NCBI RefSeq assembly: GCF_009914755.1
Contig: NC_060934.1
Direction: 5' to 3' (one strand)
Length of the DNA stretch: 64,000 nt
Source of the DNA: the human T2T-CHM13v2.0 reference genome, Homo sapiens
In this document: positions 62,491-64,000 of the stretch, one piece after another
Position numbering within the stretch: position 1 is the stretch's first letter
Layout of the letters: every line of letters begins with the position of its first letter
The notes under the pieces: model-generated
Told to the model about the DNA's origin: nothing
The model's database searches: none
The model's input: only the letters and a program-made list of their open reading frames with translations
Translations under genes and position numbers: made by a program

Positions 62491-63349
62491 AAAGGCCTCA
62501 GGATTTTCTTCGCCTTCCTGCTGTCCATTCCAGCTCAGCCATTCACCAGGTAGAGTCCATTCATTCTACCTTCTCACTGCTTCCTGGAACTGTCCTTGCT
62601 TTGCTTGTCCTGCAGCTTCTCCCTTGTTTCCAGCTCTCACTTTCTCCCTCTTAACTACAAGACCTCCACATTGGTTTCTTTATATCCAGTCTCTCATTGT
62701 TCCATCCCATAATGTTCTTCCTCTGGTCAAAGACCTCCAATGGCTCCCTATTGCTTATTGAAGAACAAGACATGATCTTTCCTGCTTCCATCCCTTTGAT
62801 CCTGCTGGTCCTTCCTCCTGGATCCCCACATCTGCCATTTTCTAGCCATCAAATGCCTATTCATCATCCAAGCCCAGATCAAGTGCTGCCTCCTCCCCAA
62901 TGACTTTCACATGTTTCTACTGGAGTTCATCCTGGGCCTCCACTGATTATATCCCTCATCACAGCCCGCCTTAAGGCAACAGTTGTCTCCATGACCCACT
63001 AGACTGGACAGTAAGTTATTTGAGGGCAGAGACCCTGTCCTAGTCATCTTCCCATTGCCTCCACGCCTAAGATAATGCTGTGCATGCAGCAGGTGCTCAG
63101 TATGTGCTTGCCAGTGAACACTCACTTTCCATAGCTGGAGGCTCACAACTCTGTCTGGGCACTGTTCTTGGCACAGGTGATCAGGGTTGTCTTCCCTCTG
63201 GCCTTGAGGGCTTCCCCGGAGAATCCCGGAATAACTGAAGGGTGCTGTCCTCCTCACACTTCCCTGGGGCCTGGGGAAGGAGCAGCTGTGAACATTCTGT
63301 TTGCTCTGAGTGCAGAATCTGTGAGTGGAAGTGCACAGGTTTTATTGGC

Positions 63350-63585
63350 TAGGGCTTTAGAATGAGACAGACCCAGCTTTGAATTTCAGCCCCACCACTT
63401 TTTAGCTGTGGGACTTCAGGCATACTGTTTAACCTCTCTGAGTCTCAGTTTTCTCTTTTGTAACATGAGGTTACTGTAGCTACTTATCTCCTACAGGTCT
63501 TGTGAGGATATAAAAAGATAATGTAGAGAAAGCACTACATACAGTATTTGGCACAAATAAAGTGCTCACTAAATGGTATCGATAA
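63350..63585 (+). mobile_element. MIR, preceded by L2 fragments (~62500-63110)
   Basis: tttaacctctctgagtctcagttttctc...gtgaggatataaaagataatg...ggcacaaataaagtgctcactaaatgg. Confidence 0.82.
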
Positions 63586-64000
63586 TCATAATCCAATTTC
63601 CTTCCTGATATTCTATCTGGTAAGAGTGGATCAGGGCAGGTTTCACACTAGGCCTGGTCCACTGGAATCCTTGTTGTCAGATGGAGGTTTCTCTGTGGAC
63701 ATGGGTCAGAGGATGTGCCTTGTCACAAATGAGTTGAGTTAGGGCTGGGTTTTGCTGGGTGCTCCCAGAAGGTGGAGGAGAGGGAGCAGGGCTGGTGTCC
63801 AATGGGGTGAGGGTGAGGGGCTGGCTGTTTGCTAAGCCCAAAGTGGCTGGGTTAAACCATATCTGGCTGGCAGGAGCCTATAGCCAATGGTACAATGTCA
63901 GGGGTAAGATGTGGCAGACTTCAGGGGCTTCCAGGCAGCCGAGGGCTCTCTGCATCAGATGGGCTGCCAGAATCATCCCACAGTGCTCAGTTTCCTCTGG

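Overview
Human (primate) genomic DNA, repeat-rich, with no intact protein-coding gene; the ORF track is largely Alu-, L1-, SVA- and LTR-derived or random. Positions ~1-11,000 are a stack of antisense L1 fragments carrying Alus, a MADE1 MITE, a 3'-truncated U2 snRNA retrocopy inserted inside an AluJ, and a human-specific SVA_F1 (MAST2 exon 1 fused to SVA; 10-bp TSD). The rest holds ~30 Alus, MaLR/ERVL LTRs, MIR/L2 fragments and hAT DNA transposons, plus TE-free islands that look like conserved developmental enhancers. Candidate + strand terminal exons of a spliced lncRNA lie at ~34.5-37.7 kb, and a processed SPA17 pseudogene lies on the minus strand at ~58.3-59.0 kb. The pseudogene suggests 10q22 near ZNF503/ZNF503-AS1 (from recall, not verified). 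Two structures I could not assign to known repeats: a ~130-150 bp inverted duplication bracketing the candidate last splice acceptor, and an ungapped 110-bp direct duplication. Repeat subfamily names are by-eye recognitions and their boundaries are approximate unless a TSD is given. I cannot support a claim of a wholly new biological system.
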